Shown here piece by piece: positions 1-12,930 of a stretch of DNA of 64,000 bases; the first letter of the stretch is position 1, and every line of letters begins with the position of its first letter. The notes under the pieces were generated by a model, which was not told the origin of the DNA, did not search any database, and saw nothing but the letters and a program-made list of their open reading frames with translations. The stretch comes from Macrostomum lignano. Lineage: Eukaryota. Location of the stretch: assembly GCA_002269645.1 (NCBI GenBank), contig NIVC01000211.1, forward strand, positions 620,001 to 684,000, in the 5' to 3' direction. The position numbers were made by a program, and so were the translations under genes.

Positions 1-480
1 TCTGACATCATATCTGATTCCCCAGTCTGACATCAGATCTGATTCCCCAGTCTGACATCAGATCTGTTTCCCCAGTCTGACATCAGATCTGTTTCCCCAG
101 TCTGACACCAGATCTGATTCCCCAGTCTGACACCAGATCTAATTCCCCAGTCTGACACCAGATCTAATTCCCCAGTCTGACACCAGATCTGATTCCCCAG
201 TCTGACATCAGATCTGATTCCCCAGTCTGACATCAGATCTGATTCCCCAGTCTGACATCAGATCTGATTCCCCAGTCTGACACCAGATCTGATTCCCCAG
301 TCTGACACCAGATCTGATTCCCCAGTCTGACACCAGATCTGTTTCCCCAGTCTGACATCAGATCTGATTCCCCAGTCTGACATCAGATCTGATTCCCCAG
401 TCTGACACCAGATCTGATTCCCCAGTCTGACACCAGATCTGATTCCCCAGTCTGACACCAGATCTGGTTTTCCAGTCTGA
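1..480. repeat. 25-bp tandem repeat (TCTGACATCAGATCTGATTCCCCAG)n, in an intron of the LRR gene
   Basis: Visible 25-bp periodicity from position 1 to about 480. The ORFs at 33-233 and 258-458 are translations of the repeat. Confidence 0.95.
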
Positions 481-553
481 CATCACATTGGATTGCCAGT
501 CTTATGCTTAAATTTTTACTATTCAAAGATTAAAACAATTAAAACAAACCCAC

Positions 554-1904
554 CATTCCAACAGGTTGGAACTTAAATCAAGACTGTGCAGGTATCTGCA
601 GGCCTTTAGTTCCACCGGTAACTCAATCAGACCTAAAAATAAAGAATAAAGTTTAAATTTAATCCTTTGAAGCACATTTTCAGCTGACAAACACAGAAAA
701 GGGTTAATCATAATAGACAGCCAAATAAACTAGAAATCTTACAATTATTTCTGAGATTCAGTTCGCACAAGCTTGTCAATGATGCAATGCTTGGCGGCAG
801 TGTGTGAATTATGTTGTTAGACAGCGATAAGTGGTACAGACTTTGGCAGCACAGGAGCTCCTGAAATTTGTTATTTATAAATGAGGATCGACTGTCAACC
901 AGGATTTTTGTGAACTGATTATTAATTAGTGTTTTTAGGTCGAACATTGATAGGATATTTTCTGAAGGACAATTATAGATTGAATATTTTTGAGGGCCTA
1001 ATAATTAATGGCTGGCTATTTTTTGAAGGTCGTTCATTAATAGGATATTTTGAAGGCCGATCATTGATTGGGATTTTTGAAGGCCGATCATTGATTGGGA
1101 TTTTTGAAGGCCGATTATTGATTGGGTATTTTGAAGGCCGATTATTGATTGGGTATTTTGAAGGCCGATTATTGATTGGGTATTCTGAAGGCCGATTATT
1201 GATTGGGATTTTTGAAGGCCGATTATTGATTGGGTATTTTGAAGACCGATTATTGATTGGGTATTCTGAAGGCCGATTATTGATTGGGATTTTTGAAGGC
1301 CTATTATTGATTGGGATTTTTGAAGGCCGATCATTGATTGGGATATGTTGAAGGCCGATCATTGATTGGGATTTTTGAAGGCCGATCATTGATTGGGATT
1401 TTTGAAGGCCGATTATTGATTGGGTATTTTGAAGGCTGATTATTGATTGGGTATTCTGAAGGCCGATTATTGATTGGGATTTTTGAAGGCCTATTATTGA
1501 TTGGGATTTTTGAAGGCCGATCATTGATTGGGATATGTTGAAGGCCGATCATTGATTAGGACTTTTGAAGGCTGATTATTGATTTTGGGATTTTTGAAGC
1601 CCGATTATTGGTAGGATATTTCGAAGGACGATTTTTAATATCTAATTGTTAAAGGACGAATCCAAAATTGGGAATTTTATTGAGCCACTTCTCAATGCCA
1701 TTCTGAAGTTGAATTCTGAAAAGTTGATTTATTAATTACCTTTCGAATTTCTGCAATTTTATTATCATCCAACAGCAGCACTTCCAGGGTTGCTTCATTT
1801 TTAAAAGCGTCCATTGGCACCTCCAGTAGACGTTGGCCAGTGAAGTCCAGGGTTCGAATCTCAGCCAATCGCTTTGGCCGAAATGAGCATAACAGACGCT
1901 CCAT
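554..1904 (-). CDS. 5' part of an Erbin/Densin-180/Scribble (LAP family)-like leucine-rich repeat gene; exons 1904-1740, 860-743, 632-554; continues beyond the window start
   Basis: Spliced translation MERLLCSFRPKRLAEIRTLDFTGQRLLEVPMDAFKNEATLEVLLLDDNKIAEIRK|ELLCCQSLYHLSLSNNIIHTLPPSIASLTSLCELNLRNN|CLIELPVELKACRYLHSLDLSSNLLE. This follows the Erbin N-terminal pattern ([49 protein letters not shown]). All junctions are GT-AG with matching phases. Confidence 0.85.
1020..1620. repeat. 27-bp tandem repeat (TTTTGAAGGCCGATTATTGATTGGGTA-like) in intron 1 of the LRR gene
   Basis: AGGCCG recurs at 1081, 1108, 1135 and onward (period 27). Confidence 0.93.
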
Positions 1905-2629
1905 TGATTAAACAATGGGCTTGAATATAAATTATGTTTATTGCAGTTTCTTGCTGGAGTTGCTAAAAATTAAAAAAAACTTTTTATTTGAATCGAAAAA
2001 ATTAACTAGGATAATTTTACAAATCTAAATGTCCAAGCAAGTCCTAAACAAAAACCGCATGCTTAAGCAAATCAACTGACTGTTATTTAAGTCTCCAGAC
2101 TTTTCATGGCGTATAGTACAGATTTATTACATCTCATATCTTAGGAAACATTTGTATATTCCATTAAATAAGTAATATATGTAATCATTATTTCAGACCT
2201 TCTTTAAATTTACACCAATCTATGACTCATGCTTGTAAAGAATATAGCTAGCTTTTGTTTAAAGAAGTTTTGGCCTGGTCTAACCACTCACTCTAGTATC
2301 TATACAAGGGACTTGATGGTAAAATTATTGCCAATTTGTCACACCAACATTAGACTATACACATTCTACCATTGAAAAATTGTGATTTCTTAAAATTTGT
2401 TAGCAAGGAAGGAGACTAGGATATAGAATAAGGAAAATAGAGTTCAGTCACTCTCTGTACTTTACTCTGTTAAAATACTTTTCAAAAAACCCATGGACCT
2501 GCATAGGAGTTCTAGAAAACCTATAGATGCACCTGACACCTAGAAAATATTAGCAACATTAAACTGGGAAAACAGAGATGTGTGGTAATTAGCAGCAACT
2601 TTTTTCTTGGTCACTCATCCTCAGACAGT

Positions 2630-3250
2630 GCGGAAACCTTCTCCACATAGTTTCTACTCGATTAGATGCACTTGGACCATCTGGTGAGCATGCTGTTGAT
2701 GGCATCTATGTACAGCTGTTGAGAGATGATGTAGAGCAGAATTCCCCTAACTTCCTCATTGATCTGGTTCCTGTTTTCATACACTCATTCTTTCAGGTGG
2801 CACTTCAATTCTGGGAACAAAACAAAGTCTGCAGGTGCCAGATCTGGAGAGTATGGAGGATGACAGAGAACCCTGATCTTTAGCTTTCCAATTGCCTCAA
2901 CGGTCTTTTGGGCCATGTGAGGTCTTGTGTTGTCCTTCTTTTGAGTTCATGTTTATGGTGATGCAGCAGCCTAGGTGGACAATGTGCTCTTCAAACAGTA
3001 AGAAAAAGCAGTGAAATTGCTAGACCTCCCCCTTTGCACTGTCAGTATATGTAGTGCCAAGAATGCCATCCACTGTGCCATCTAGGAACCCCCAATCAGT
3101 CATGACTGCTTAAATCTCACCTATAGCCACCTCAACATCACTTTAAGAAAAACCTCATCACTGAACAAGCCAATGCCATGCTCCTCACCTGCATCTATTT
3201 GGGGCATTATCTTTTCTTGAGCCTACTATAGTGTCATCAACCTGTCAGTC
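2630..3250 (-). mobile_element. Degenerate mariner (DD34D) transposase fossil
   Basis: Minus-strand translation ...KDNTRPHMAQKTVEAIGKLKIRVLCHPPYSPDLAPADFVLFPELKCHLKE*...DAINSMLTRWSKCI*SSRNYVEK. It contains the diagnostic HPPYSPDLAPxD motif and the RWxKC..YVEK end, with multiple stops. Confidence 0.85.
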
Positions 3251-6200
3251 AATCTCTCATGCCTTCTCTATTGTCACCAATGCAATGACCTGGAATAGTG
3301 GTTTTACTGCTTGGCTTTTGCTAGTGATATGCTCCATTTCCTTTGGAGGACACTCCATTGATGTCAGCAGCATTTTAGATAACCCCTTTAAGCTAGTTAG
3401 GCACTGCTTCCTAAAAGTGTCTAGGTATAATCCACCTCATATATACATACATACAATGATAGCAGGCAATCCCTATTCTTAAAAATATAGAACATGCCTA
3501 GATGCTAATATAAGTTAGCCTGTCCAATATTATTAACAATCTTGAGTCAAGCCTTATGCCTCTACTACTACTACTACCATCACTATGATTCAATCTGCAG
3601 CTATAACTACTAATAGCTGCATTCTACTATTGGCATTCAACTTATTGAACTTTGCATACAGAGGGGCCGTGCCCTCTTGGCATATAGCTTAGCATATAGA
3701 GTTTGCCAAGACAGCAAATGGGACCAAAGTTCTGAGTCCCAATCAATATATATAGTTAATATACATAAAAATGATTAAGTTTAAGTTTGGCATAGTCTGC
3801 ATGTACATAGTTAGATTAGCTAAATTTTAATCAAAATGAGTAGCTCCTTGCCCTTCTAAAAATAAACAAAAAACTAAATAAAAAATGTATTTAACTTTTT
3901 TTAGAAATTAAAAGAGAAACAAAAAAGTTAAATTAAAATAAACTAGTTTTTTATAGTTTATAGTAAATAATATTAACTAGTTTTAACTGATCATTTTTAA
4001 TATTAAATTTGGTGAGCCCTAAATATTGAATTCCTATTTTTAATTTTTGTTTTGGCATATATTTGTATATGATAAAAGTTTATTTATTGGCATACATGGG
4101 TTATACTAAATTCATCAACTAATTTGTCAATGGACCTAAAATTTAAGAAATTGAAGGAAATCAAGTTTGTCAACAATTAAACCAAGATGAGTGAATTTGT
4201 CAACAATAAGACAGATTACTATAAAGTTTATTCCTTAATGCAATAATTGTAAATTTCTATTGTAATTTAGCTGGTTTAAAATCTACAGGTTATAACAGGT
4301 TGTATAAAAATATCAAATAAAAACCATTTGCCTTTGTTATCTTATATGTATCTTCTTAATAGGCTTGTGTTTTTGATTTTCAGTGTGTAATAAATATATA
4401 CTAGCTAGTCAATAGTAATGTTGGGAATGATACTCAAAAAAGTATCAATGAAAACTGATCTTCCAATACCCATTCTGAAAAAAATATTGCCAATAACTGA
4501 AAGTCTGATATCCCAATTTGAGTTTTGTCAATACCCTAATTCCAATACTTTATTCCAATACTAGTTTTTTTTCAAAAAGCAATATCCAACAAGTATAAAT
4601 ATATAATTTAAGCTTATCAGACCTTTTCCTAAATATATAGGAAAAAAAGCAAGCTTAACATTGTTTTAAATGAAGAAACCTTTAGTAAATAAAAAAATAA
4701 ATCAAAAACAATCAGTTGCCACTATAGTCAATCAGATAACTACCTATTAGCCACTGTAGTCAGTCTACTTTATGTCTATTAGTATTATTATTGTTCTAGT
4801 ATAGTATAGTAGCTTTAGGTCTATAATTGCTATACATGCACACTTAATTCCTTAGCCTTTTAGTTGGGTATTAGATGTACTTAGTCAGCCAGCCAGACCA
4901 ACTACTCTAAGCCAAGGTACAGACTTTAAAGCCTTATCTCTGATTTGGCAATACCTTGCCATGCTGCTCTTTATACATACATATAAACCTACATGCAAAT
5001 TGAGTCATTTTCTCTTTCCTTGGCCTATTCAACTTGGCCTCACCCAATATATACGCTTATAATAGTGGATTTATTTATTTGTTGCTGACTAATTATTTAT
5101 ATCATTCACTAACTTGCTGTTTTACTATATCCTATTAGAAAAAATGTTGAAAACCCATGGACGCATACTTTAGAAAAGAGTCAAAATATTTTACTGCACT
5201 TTAAGATTATTATAGGCTTTTCATATTCCCAATTCTGTTTTTAGAACCAGTTTGATACTTTTCATTTTGCTGATTCCATTTTCAGAATTGGTTGCGGAAC
5301 CTTACTCCAGTTCTGGAATTTGGACTGACAAAATTTCTTGATTCGTTTATATATTTCTATGGAAACAATGAAAAATATTTAAAGTCAATTTACCTTGAAA
5401 TATTTTTTGGTAAAATTTTATAAATTTACATTTTACAAATTTGGTTAAGCCAAAGGCAGCAGTTAGTGTTAGTATTTATACAGTTAGTATTATACAGTTA
5501 TTAAAAGGCATAGTAATGGCCAATTCCTTGGCATTTTTGGCAGCAGAATTTTTCTTTAGTGACTCTGACGAATCTGCCAATTTACTAATGACAGAGTATG
5601 ACAATGACACGCGTTCAGAAAGCAATTGCTGCATCTGCTGCTACTCTTGCATTAGACATTAAGGCCATAAAGGGAAAAACAAAGTCAAAGGTGCCAAATT
5701 TTGTCTCTGAAGTTGTGCCACTGTTTAGCATTGATGAATTTTGTCAAAGGTTTAGACTTACCCGTGGCTCTTTTGAATTTTTGCTGCAAGAGCTATATTT
5801 GCATGGCCAGTTTATAGTGCAGGAGCATACCAAAGAAATATCAAGTAGGTCTACTTAATTTTTTCTTACTATCTGTTACTTAAAATTAAATTTTAATATT
5901 TAAAGAAAACATTTATTATAGCAAAAGTATTTAAAGTAATGTTTTTATTTTGCCTTTTGCTTTGCAGATGAGAAGCAGCTACTTGTATACTTGGATTATA
6001 TTGGACACCAAAGCAACCAGTCTGAGTTAGAAGTCCTATATGACATTAGTATTGGAAAAATGAATCAAATTGTGCATACTATATCTCGAAAGATTGTACC
6101 AGCATTATCAAAAAAATTATTAAATGGCCAACATTTTTGGAAGCATCTAATTGTGCCCTAGAACTATTGGAGCAACATGGGTTTCCTGGTGTTATAGGTG

Positions 6201-6550
6201 CAATGGATGGTTGTCACATTGAAATGTCTATTGCATCTACTGACTATACAACTAGGAAGTATCGACAAGCAATCACATTGCAGGCTGTAGCATTGCCCAA
6301 CCTAGTATTTAGTGATGTTTTCATCGGATGTTTTGGACGAATGCAAAATGCTCGTATTTTTCAATACAGTCCTTTATCGAACCAAGTTGTAAGTGGAGAG
6401 CAAATGTATGGATTACATCTACTTGGTGATAGTGCATATCCTCTTCAGAATGGCCTAATGACTCCATTTATTGATAATGGAAACCTAACTAATGTCCAAA
6501 AGTTTTATAATAGACGGTTGGCAGCAGCACATCAAATAGTAGAATGTGCC

Positions 6551-9500
6551 TGTTGGGCCTGGTGCGTGGGGTTAGGGTGCGCTTTTACTCCGTGTATTGT
6601 TTGTGTTCTTAACTCTATGTGTGTACTCATGGTCTGTGGCTCACACTCTTTGCACGTCTCTGCTCTATCGTGATTTTAATGTACATTGTTGGTGTTTTAG
6701 CCCTGGGGTGGGGTTGGCTACTATTGAACCTCGCTTGTAATAAATCGTATCATTGGTTGTCGGTGCACTTGGCACTTTCGTCTTGTCTTGCATACTCTCA
6801 GCTCATGACTTGTTCATTTCAACATTTTGGCGTCGCAAGCAGGATCTACAGATGTCTATAAAGCTACGAGACCCACTGCCTCTAAACAACATTGAAGAGT
6901 TGCAGGCATGGATCGAGGTCTTTGACGCCCAGGCGCGATCAAAAGGAGTGAAGGACACCGATCGCACTGATGACACAGCCGGCAATCTGGCATTGACCAA
7001 TGCCTTCCTTGGCTGCCTTGGCGTGGCACAGCTCATCAAAGTGAAGCAGCTGGTCGCGCCCAAACCGCTCTTGCAGATGAAGTGGGCGGAAATCAAGGAG
7101 TGCCTCGTGAGGTTTCTGGAGCCCAAGAAGAGGCTGCTGATTGCTGAGAGAGTGGCTTTCATGTCCATGCGCCAAGGAGACGCCAAGACGGTTGCCGGCT
7201 TCGCTGCCCGACTTCAAAAGCAGGTGGTGGCATGCGAATTCGAGAAGCTGAAGGGCGAGAATGTTGATCCAGCTGAGCAGCTGATCAAAATGCGCCTCAT
7301 CGCCAGTCTCAGCAACCAGGAGGTCCGGAGCAAGGTTCTCGAGTGCGAAGTATCCGCAGAGCTCTCGGTGAGCCAGATCACCGAGTATGTGCAGCAACTT
7401 CAGATGGTGAGCAAATTTTTGTTCAGGCCCCTGACTGCCTCCGGCCAAGCTGAAGGAGACTCGGCGGTGCATCAGGCATCGCCCGCTAGCCAGGAGGTGC
7501 CAGAAGAGGATTCTGCTGGTGCCAACAGCATCAACGCGGCTGAGATGGTGAGGCCCTGAGCCGGTGGAGGCCAGAGCTGCCAGCGCTGTGGCCAGGCGCA
7601 ACATCGCAGACCGACAGACTGCCGGGCCCTGAAGGTCACCTGTCACAAGTGCGGGAAGACTGGCCACTTTGCGAAGGTCTGCTGGAGTGCCAGGACCCAC
7701 TTTGTCGCACCCAACGAATCCAAGCACTCTGACTCAGCCGTAACCAGAGACGAGCCGGTTTTCTACTGCAGTGCGGGCACCCCTGCTGCATTCTGCGATG
7801 TAAAAATCAACAGAAGGCAGGTCAAAATGGAAAAGGACAGCGGCGCCTCGTGCTCACTAATCTCGAGAAAGATCTGGGAAGAACTCGGCAGGCCACCACT
7901 GAAGTCGCCCAAGTCTCGGATGCTGGCCTACGACGGGCACGTGATGAAGCAGCTCGGCATCCTGGAGTGCCTGGTGGAGACTGGCGGCCCTGATGGCCGC
8001 TTCGCTGCGGCGGAGCTGCCCGTCATCGAATGCGAGCAGAAGTTCGGGTTGCTCGGCCGGGATCTGCTCAGCTCGCTGCCAGCTCACCACTCAGATAAGG
8101 CCAAGCCGCCCAGCAACAACAGGTACGAGAGCTTGTTGGGCATCAAAGGAGCAATTGGTGAGATCCTGTTGAAGGCGGGAGCCAGGCCGATTTTCCAACC
8201 AGCCAGAGAGCTGCCGCTGGCGCTGCGTCCACTGGTGAAGAAGGAGCTGGACCTGATGGAGAAGGCAGGCATAGTTGAGAAGGTGACGTCCTCAGAGTGG
8301 GGCAGCCCCATAGTGGTGACGGTGAAATCTGACAAGATGTCTGTGAGGATCTGCGGAGACTACACCGCTGTCAATCAGTGGGTGCAGGACCAGACGTACT
8401 TGACTCCGTCCATCGAGACAGCCTTCTCAAAGATGGCAAACAAGAAGTTGTTCGGCCGACTGGATTTATCTAACGCTTATTATCAGGTTCCGCTGGAAAA
8501 TGAGTCAAAAGACATCACCACGATCAACACCCCTTTCGGCTGCTACCGCTTTAACAGACTGCCGTACGGCATCAAGGTTTCTCCGTCTGTGTTCCAGCGC
8601 GAGATGGAGAAGCTGCTGGGTGAGCACCCAAGTGTCATCGTGTACCAGGATGATGTGCTCATGGGAGCAGTGTCGAAGGCGGAGCTGCAGAATATCAGAG
8701 AGAAGGTGCTGGACAAGCTGAGGGCGGCTAATGTGAAAATCAACGAAGTGAAGTGCATTTTGGAGGCCAGAAGCCTAAAGTTCCTGGGCCACATCATCGA
8801 TGAAGAGGGGATCAAGCCGGATCCGGGAATGGTGCAGAAGATTCAGGATGTGGAGGCTCCGAAAGGCAAGAAGGATCTCGAGCGGTTTCTGGGCTTGGCG
8901 CAGTTCTATGGTCGGTTGGTTCCCAACTTTGCTGAGAAGTGTCAGCCTCTGCAGGAACTTTGTTGAGCGGACCGTGTGTTTGACTGGAGTGCGGCTGCCG
9001 AGGCAGCGTTCACCAATGTGAAGCAGAGCCTGAGCTCGAATCCGTGTGTGAAACTGTTTGACGTCAACTCGCCGGTGTGTCTGCGGGTGGATGCCAGCGA
9101 GCAGTCTCTGGGCGCTGTGCTGGTGCAGTCAGGGCACCCAGTAATGTACCTCTCTCGGGCGCTGACCAAGTCTGAGGCCAACTACTCCAACATTGAGCAG
9201 GAGGCTCTGGCCATTGTCTGGGCGGTGGAGCGAGCCCGCAAGATGCTCCTGGGGAAGAGGTTCACGCTCCAGACTGACCATGAGCCACTGAAGTACATCT
9301 TCAATCCCAGCAAGAACATTCCTAAAACAGTGTCAGCAAGACTAACTCGCTGGGCCCTGCGACTATCTGCTTTTGACTACGAGGTTGAGTATGTGCCAGG
9401 AAGACTGATGGTGGATGCGGATGCCTTGTCTTGTTTGAGTTTTGCTGCCCAAGACCCTCCAAGTGACGCCATGCACCAGCTGGAGCATGAAGAGGTCGTG

Positions 9501-11063
9501 TCAGAAGGAGCTCTTGTGACTCTGCAGGATCTTCGTGAGGGAACCAGGATGTGCGCGTTGATGAAGCGGCTGCAGCAGAGGATCAGAACAGGCCGGTGGG
9601 GCCAGGTGTCGCAGGTGGAGAGGCCATACAAAGCGTGCCGGGAGGCGCTGTCGGTGGAAGACGGTCTGGTGATCCACAGAACCAGAATTGTGCCCCCACC
9701 TGTTCTCCGCAGGCGCATTCTGGAGGTGGCGCACGACGAGGTGCATCAGAGCGCCGACAACACCAAGGCGCACATCTCCAAGGAGTTCTGGTGGCCGGGT
9801 CTCGATTGCGATGTTCGCAGCTTTGTGGAGCGCTGCCAGCAGTGTTCAGAAACTCGGCCAGTCCTGCAGCAAAGAATCGACACCTGGCCAGCCGAGAGTG
9901 AGCCGTGGTCCCGGGTTCACATGGACCATTGTGAGATTTCTGGTGTCGGCCTGCTACTGCTGCTGTCGGACTCCTACTCCGGGTGGCCTGAGGCGATTCA
10001 GGTGCCAGACCGAACTGCGGACAGTGTCCTGCGAGTTCTGAGAGCGGTATTTGCCAGAAACGGAGTGCCTTGGATGCTGGTGTCGGACAATGCGCCAGAG
10101 TTCAAGTTGGAGAAAGTGTCCCAGTGGCTGCGCAGCATCGGGTGCCAGGAGCTGCACACTCCACCGTACCATCCGGCCTCGAACGGTCAGGCAGAAAGGC
10201 TGGTGAGGATCATCAAGGATGGACTCAAGGTGTGGACGAAGATAGTGCCGTTTGACCACTTCCTGCAGAAACTGCTGCTGACGATCAGGACCAGCCGGCC
10301 CAGTGGAAATCGAGCGGCATCTCTGGACGTTCTGATGTGGGGTCGTCGCCTTCGCCACCCGCTAACCATGACTGAGCAGGTGGGCGATCCAATCTGGCTG
10401 AGGATGCGTCCGGGATTTTCGCCAGTTCCGGGCAAGTTCATGGTGCAGCACGGCCAGAACACGGCGCTGGTAGCCCCTGCGGACCAATCGGACGGCGGCC
10501 TGCAGCTGGCGCACTCGAATCAGTGGACCGGCCGGCCGAGTGCGCCTGGGTCGCCTGAGGGGGCTGAACCTGAGGCGGAGTTGCCGGAGCAGCTTCCTGG
10601 CGCCATGGTTGAGCACCTTCCTGATCTGGAACCAACGGTGGCGCCAATGAACAGTGGCCAGCGAGAGCCGTACGAGCTTCGACCTCGCCAGCCTGTCTGC
10701 TATAAAGTCTAGTGACTCTTTGTGACTGTACTTGACTCTTTGATTTTGTTCTTGTGGTTTCAGTCTTTGTTTGCTTTGGCGGGGGGCAGTGTTGGGCCTG
10801 GTGCATGGGGTTGGGGTGCACTTTTACTCCGTGTATTGTTTGTGTTCTTAACTCTGTGCGTGTATTCATGGTCCGTGGCTCACGCTCTTTGCACGTCTCT
10901 GCTCTATCGTGATTTTAATGTACATTGTTGGTGTTTTAGCCCTGGGGTGGGGTTGGCTACTATTGAACCTCGCTTGTAATAAATCGTATCATTGGTTGTT
11001 GGTGCACTTGGCACTTTCGTCTTGTCTCGCATACTCTCAGCTCATGACATGTTCATTTCAACA
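6551..11063 (+). mobile_element. Full-length Ty3/Gypsy LTR retrotransposon (short LTRs, single gag-pol frame)
   Basis: 274-bp LTRs at 6551-6824 and 10790-11063 (TG...CA, 11 differences). 5-bp TSD GTGCC at 6546-6550 and 11064-11068. PBS TGGCGTCGCAAGCAGGAT from 6828. PPT GGCGGGGGGCAG at 10778-10789. Confidence 0.98.
6852..10712 (+). pseudogene. gag-pol: Gag-Pol polyprotein (CCHC knuckle, aspartic protease, RT, RNase H, integrase) with two in-frame TGA stops
   Basis: One reading frame throughout. Motifs: CHKCGKTGHFAKVC, protease DSGAS, RT YQDD, RNase H VDAS, integrase HDEVH..CQQC, HMDH, SDNAPEF and SNGQAERLV. Stops at 7557-7559 and 8964-8966. Confidence 0.95.
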
Positions 11064-11964
11064 GTGCCTTTGGTCAGCTTAAGGCTAGGTTCAGGCATTT
11101 ACGTTATGTGTATCAGCACCAACCTGCTGACATCTGCTATACTATTGCTACTGCATGTACACTCCACAACATCTGTATTTTAAAGAATGAAGAGCCATTT
11201 GATGTGTTACTTGAAGATATTAAAGAGAATGAAGAAAACCACTTTGTTCAGCATGTGATAAATCAGGCTGCTCAGCAAAAACGTTGGTCTATTGCAGAAT
11301 CATTTCAGTAACTTCTGTAATCTATTTGAATACTGTAGTTTAGTATTCATTGCTATTTATTGATTTTTTAATAAGTGCTAGTGAATCAGTTGCAACTTCC
11401 AATTTATCAACTTCTGTGTGTCATAATATTTATTGTAAAAAATTATGAAACTTTTTCAATTTAAAGCTGTATAAAACAAGCAGTTTGAAGCATTTTATTT
11501 AGTATAGTGATTAGCAAGTAGGTAGTATATTTTTTACAAAAAACATTTGCAAGAATAAATGTAAGTTTGACTAATATTGAAATGACAAAAAGTAAACTGA
11601 GTTTTTGAAAAAAAATACAAACAATATTTTAAGCTTTTACAACACATTTACAATCAAGTTTTGTTATGCCATGGTAAAATAATAATTTTAGGCTTTACAC
11701 TTAATGTTATTAATTATCAATTAATTAATGCTATTAATGTATTATCATTCATCTTGTAATTTTTTACTTTAATAATTACCCTTTTTGCTATTAATGTATC
11801 ATCTTTTCCTTCCTTTTTAAAGGTGCTTACTCATCACATTTTGTGTGATTTTTACTTTTTATTATTAATTAAATATGCATTTTTCATAACTCCACAATAT
11901 CATATTGATAAAACTAAAACTGAATTTAATATACATGGTAAAGAATAGCAGTTACAATTCTCAA

Positions 11965-12930
11965 AGCAGTTATTTGTCCAAACTTTTGGCAAAGAGCTCT
12001 AGGAATTTGTCCTGCCTTTCCATTCTTTTTTCATGCTGTTTATGTAGCATCTGTTTCATTTCTTCCCATTCTTTAATGGCCTGGTCAAACTTTGAAGTGA
12101 TGGTCTCGCATAGATGTTCTGATGTTAGCTTCTTGGTGGCCTTGTTTGGACTTTTGTACCTACTTGGACTTCTGGTCATGGACTTTCTTGCTGTTGTAGC
12201 CTTAGCCTGAGGTTCTAGGCCTATCTCTTGCTGCATGCTTTCCTCTGGTCCAGATGTAGAAATCTTCATTTAAGGCCTGTGGCATGCATTAGCAGTGAGA
12301 AAAAATGTTGGCATCACTTCTGCATGACTTCCAAACAGTTCTTGGAGTTCTTCTTCGAAATCTATGTCTTTTTTTCCAGCACTGGATTTTGCGTATTGCA
12401 GCTTAAAATTAGAAAACTTTCTCTTTAAAGCCTTGTACTTATTTTCACACTGCTCAGAAGTTAGACCGAATCCTTCTGCTTTCATATCAGCTTCGATTTG
12501 TTTCCATAACACTTTCTTCTTTGTAACTTTGCTATCAAAATCTTTTTTCGTTTGATGGTACAGCTTAGGAAACACTTAGTTTCCTTTCTTTGGTTTAATT
12601 CCTTGGCATTCTTTTTGTCCTGCTAATAAGACTTTGATATGATGCTGATGCTGATAATCAGATTAGCATGATCAGATCATAGCATCATAGATGATGATAT
12701 GATGCTGATATGATGTCATCTTTGTTAGCTTGAGAATTTGTAGCTCCAGCAACAGAAGGCTCCAATGCTTGCAAATAGATAGCACTGGTGATTCGCCCAA
12801 GAGCTAAATTAGCATTTGGTTGCTTAATAGTAGTTTGACCTTCATCGTGCAAAAACTTGCAAAGCGTAAAAAACTGCAGTGCATCTCCTTCAGAAGCAGC
12901 CTCAATAGTCACAACAATATTGTCTTTTAA
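11965..12930 (-). pseudogene. Harbinger partner gene: Myb/SANT-like (trihelix/MADF) DNA-binding protein, frameshifted
   Basis: LYHQTKKDFDSKVTKKKVLWKQIEADMKAEGFGLTSEQCENKYKALKRKF matches the Myb/SANT-like pattern W..I...M...G...T..QC.NK.K.LK. A C-terminal coiled coil follows (EWEEMKQMLHKQHEKRMERQDKFLELF). The 5' extent is uncertain. Confidence 0.8.

Larger units (their letters stand above)
5598..11311 (+). pseudogene. Harbinger DDE transposase, spliced (intron about 5847-5967) and split by the LTR element between 6550 and 11064
   Basis: Motifs FCQRFRLTRGSFEFL, FPGVIGAMDGCHI and LLGDSAYPL. HQIVECA ends at 6550 and resumes at 11069 as FGQLKARFRHL...ACTLHNIC, matching the canonical VExAFGxLKxRFR and ACxxLHN motifs. 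Confidence 0.9.

Noticed and set aside
33-1552. ORFs such as MSDWGIRS.. and MIGLQKSQS..
   Set aside because: They are translations of intronic 25-bp and 27-bp tandem repeats in several frames, with no independent coding evidence.
7557-7559. Programmed gag-pol readthrough at the TGA
   Set aside because: The stop lies before the zinc knuckle, not at the gag/protease boundary, and a second TGA interrupts RT/RNase H. CGA>TGA mutation is simpler.
6803-10869. Numerous antisense and alternate-frame ORFs over the Gypsy element
   Set aside because: These are shadow ORFs of a GC-rich coding sequence with no recognisable motifs.
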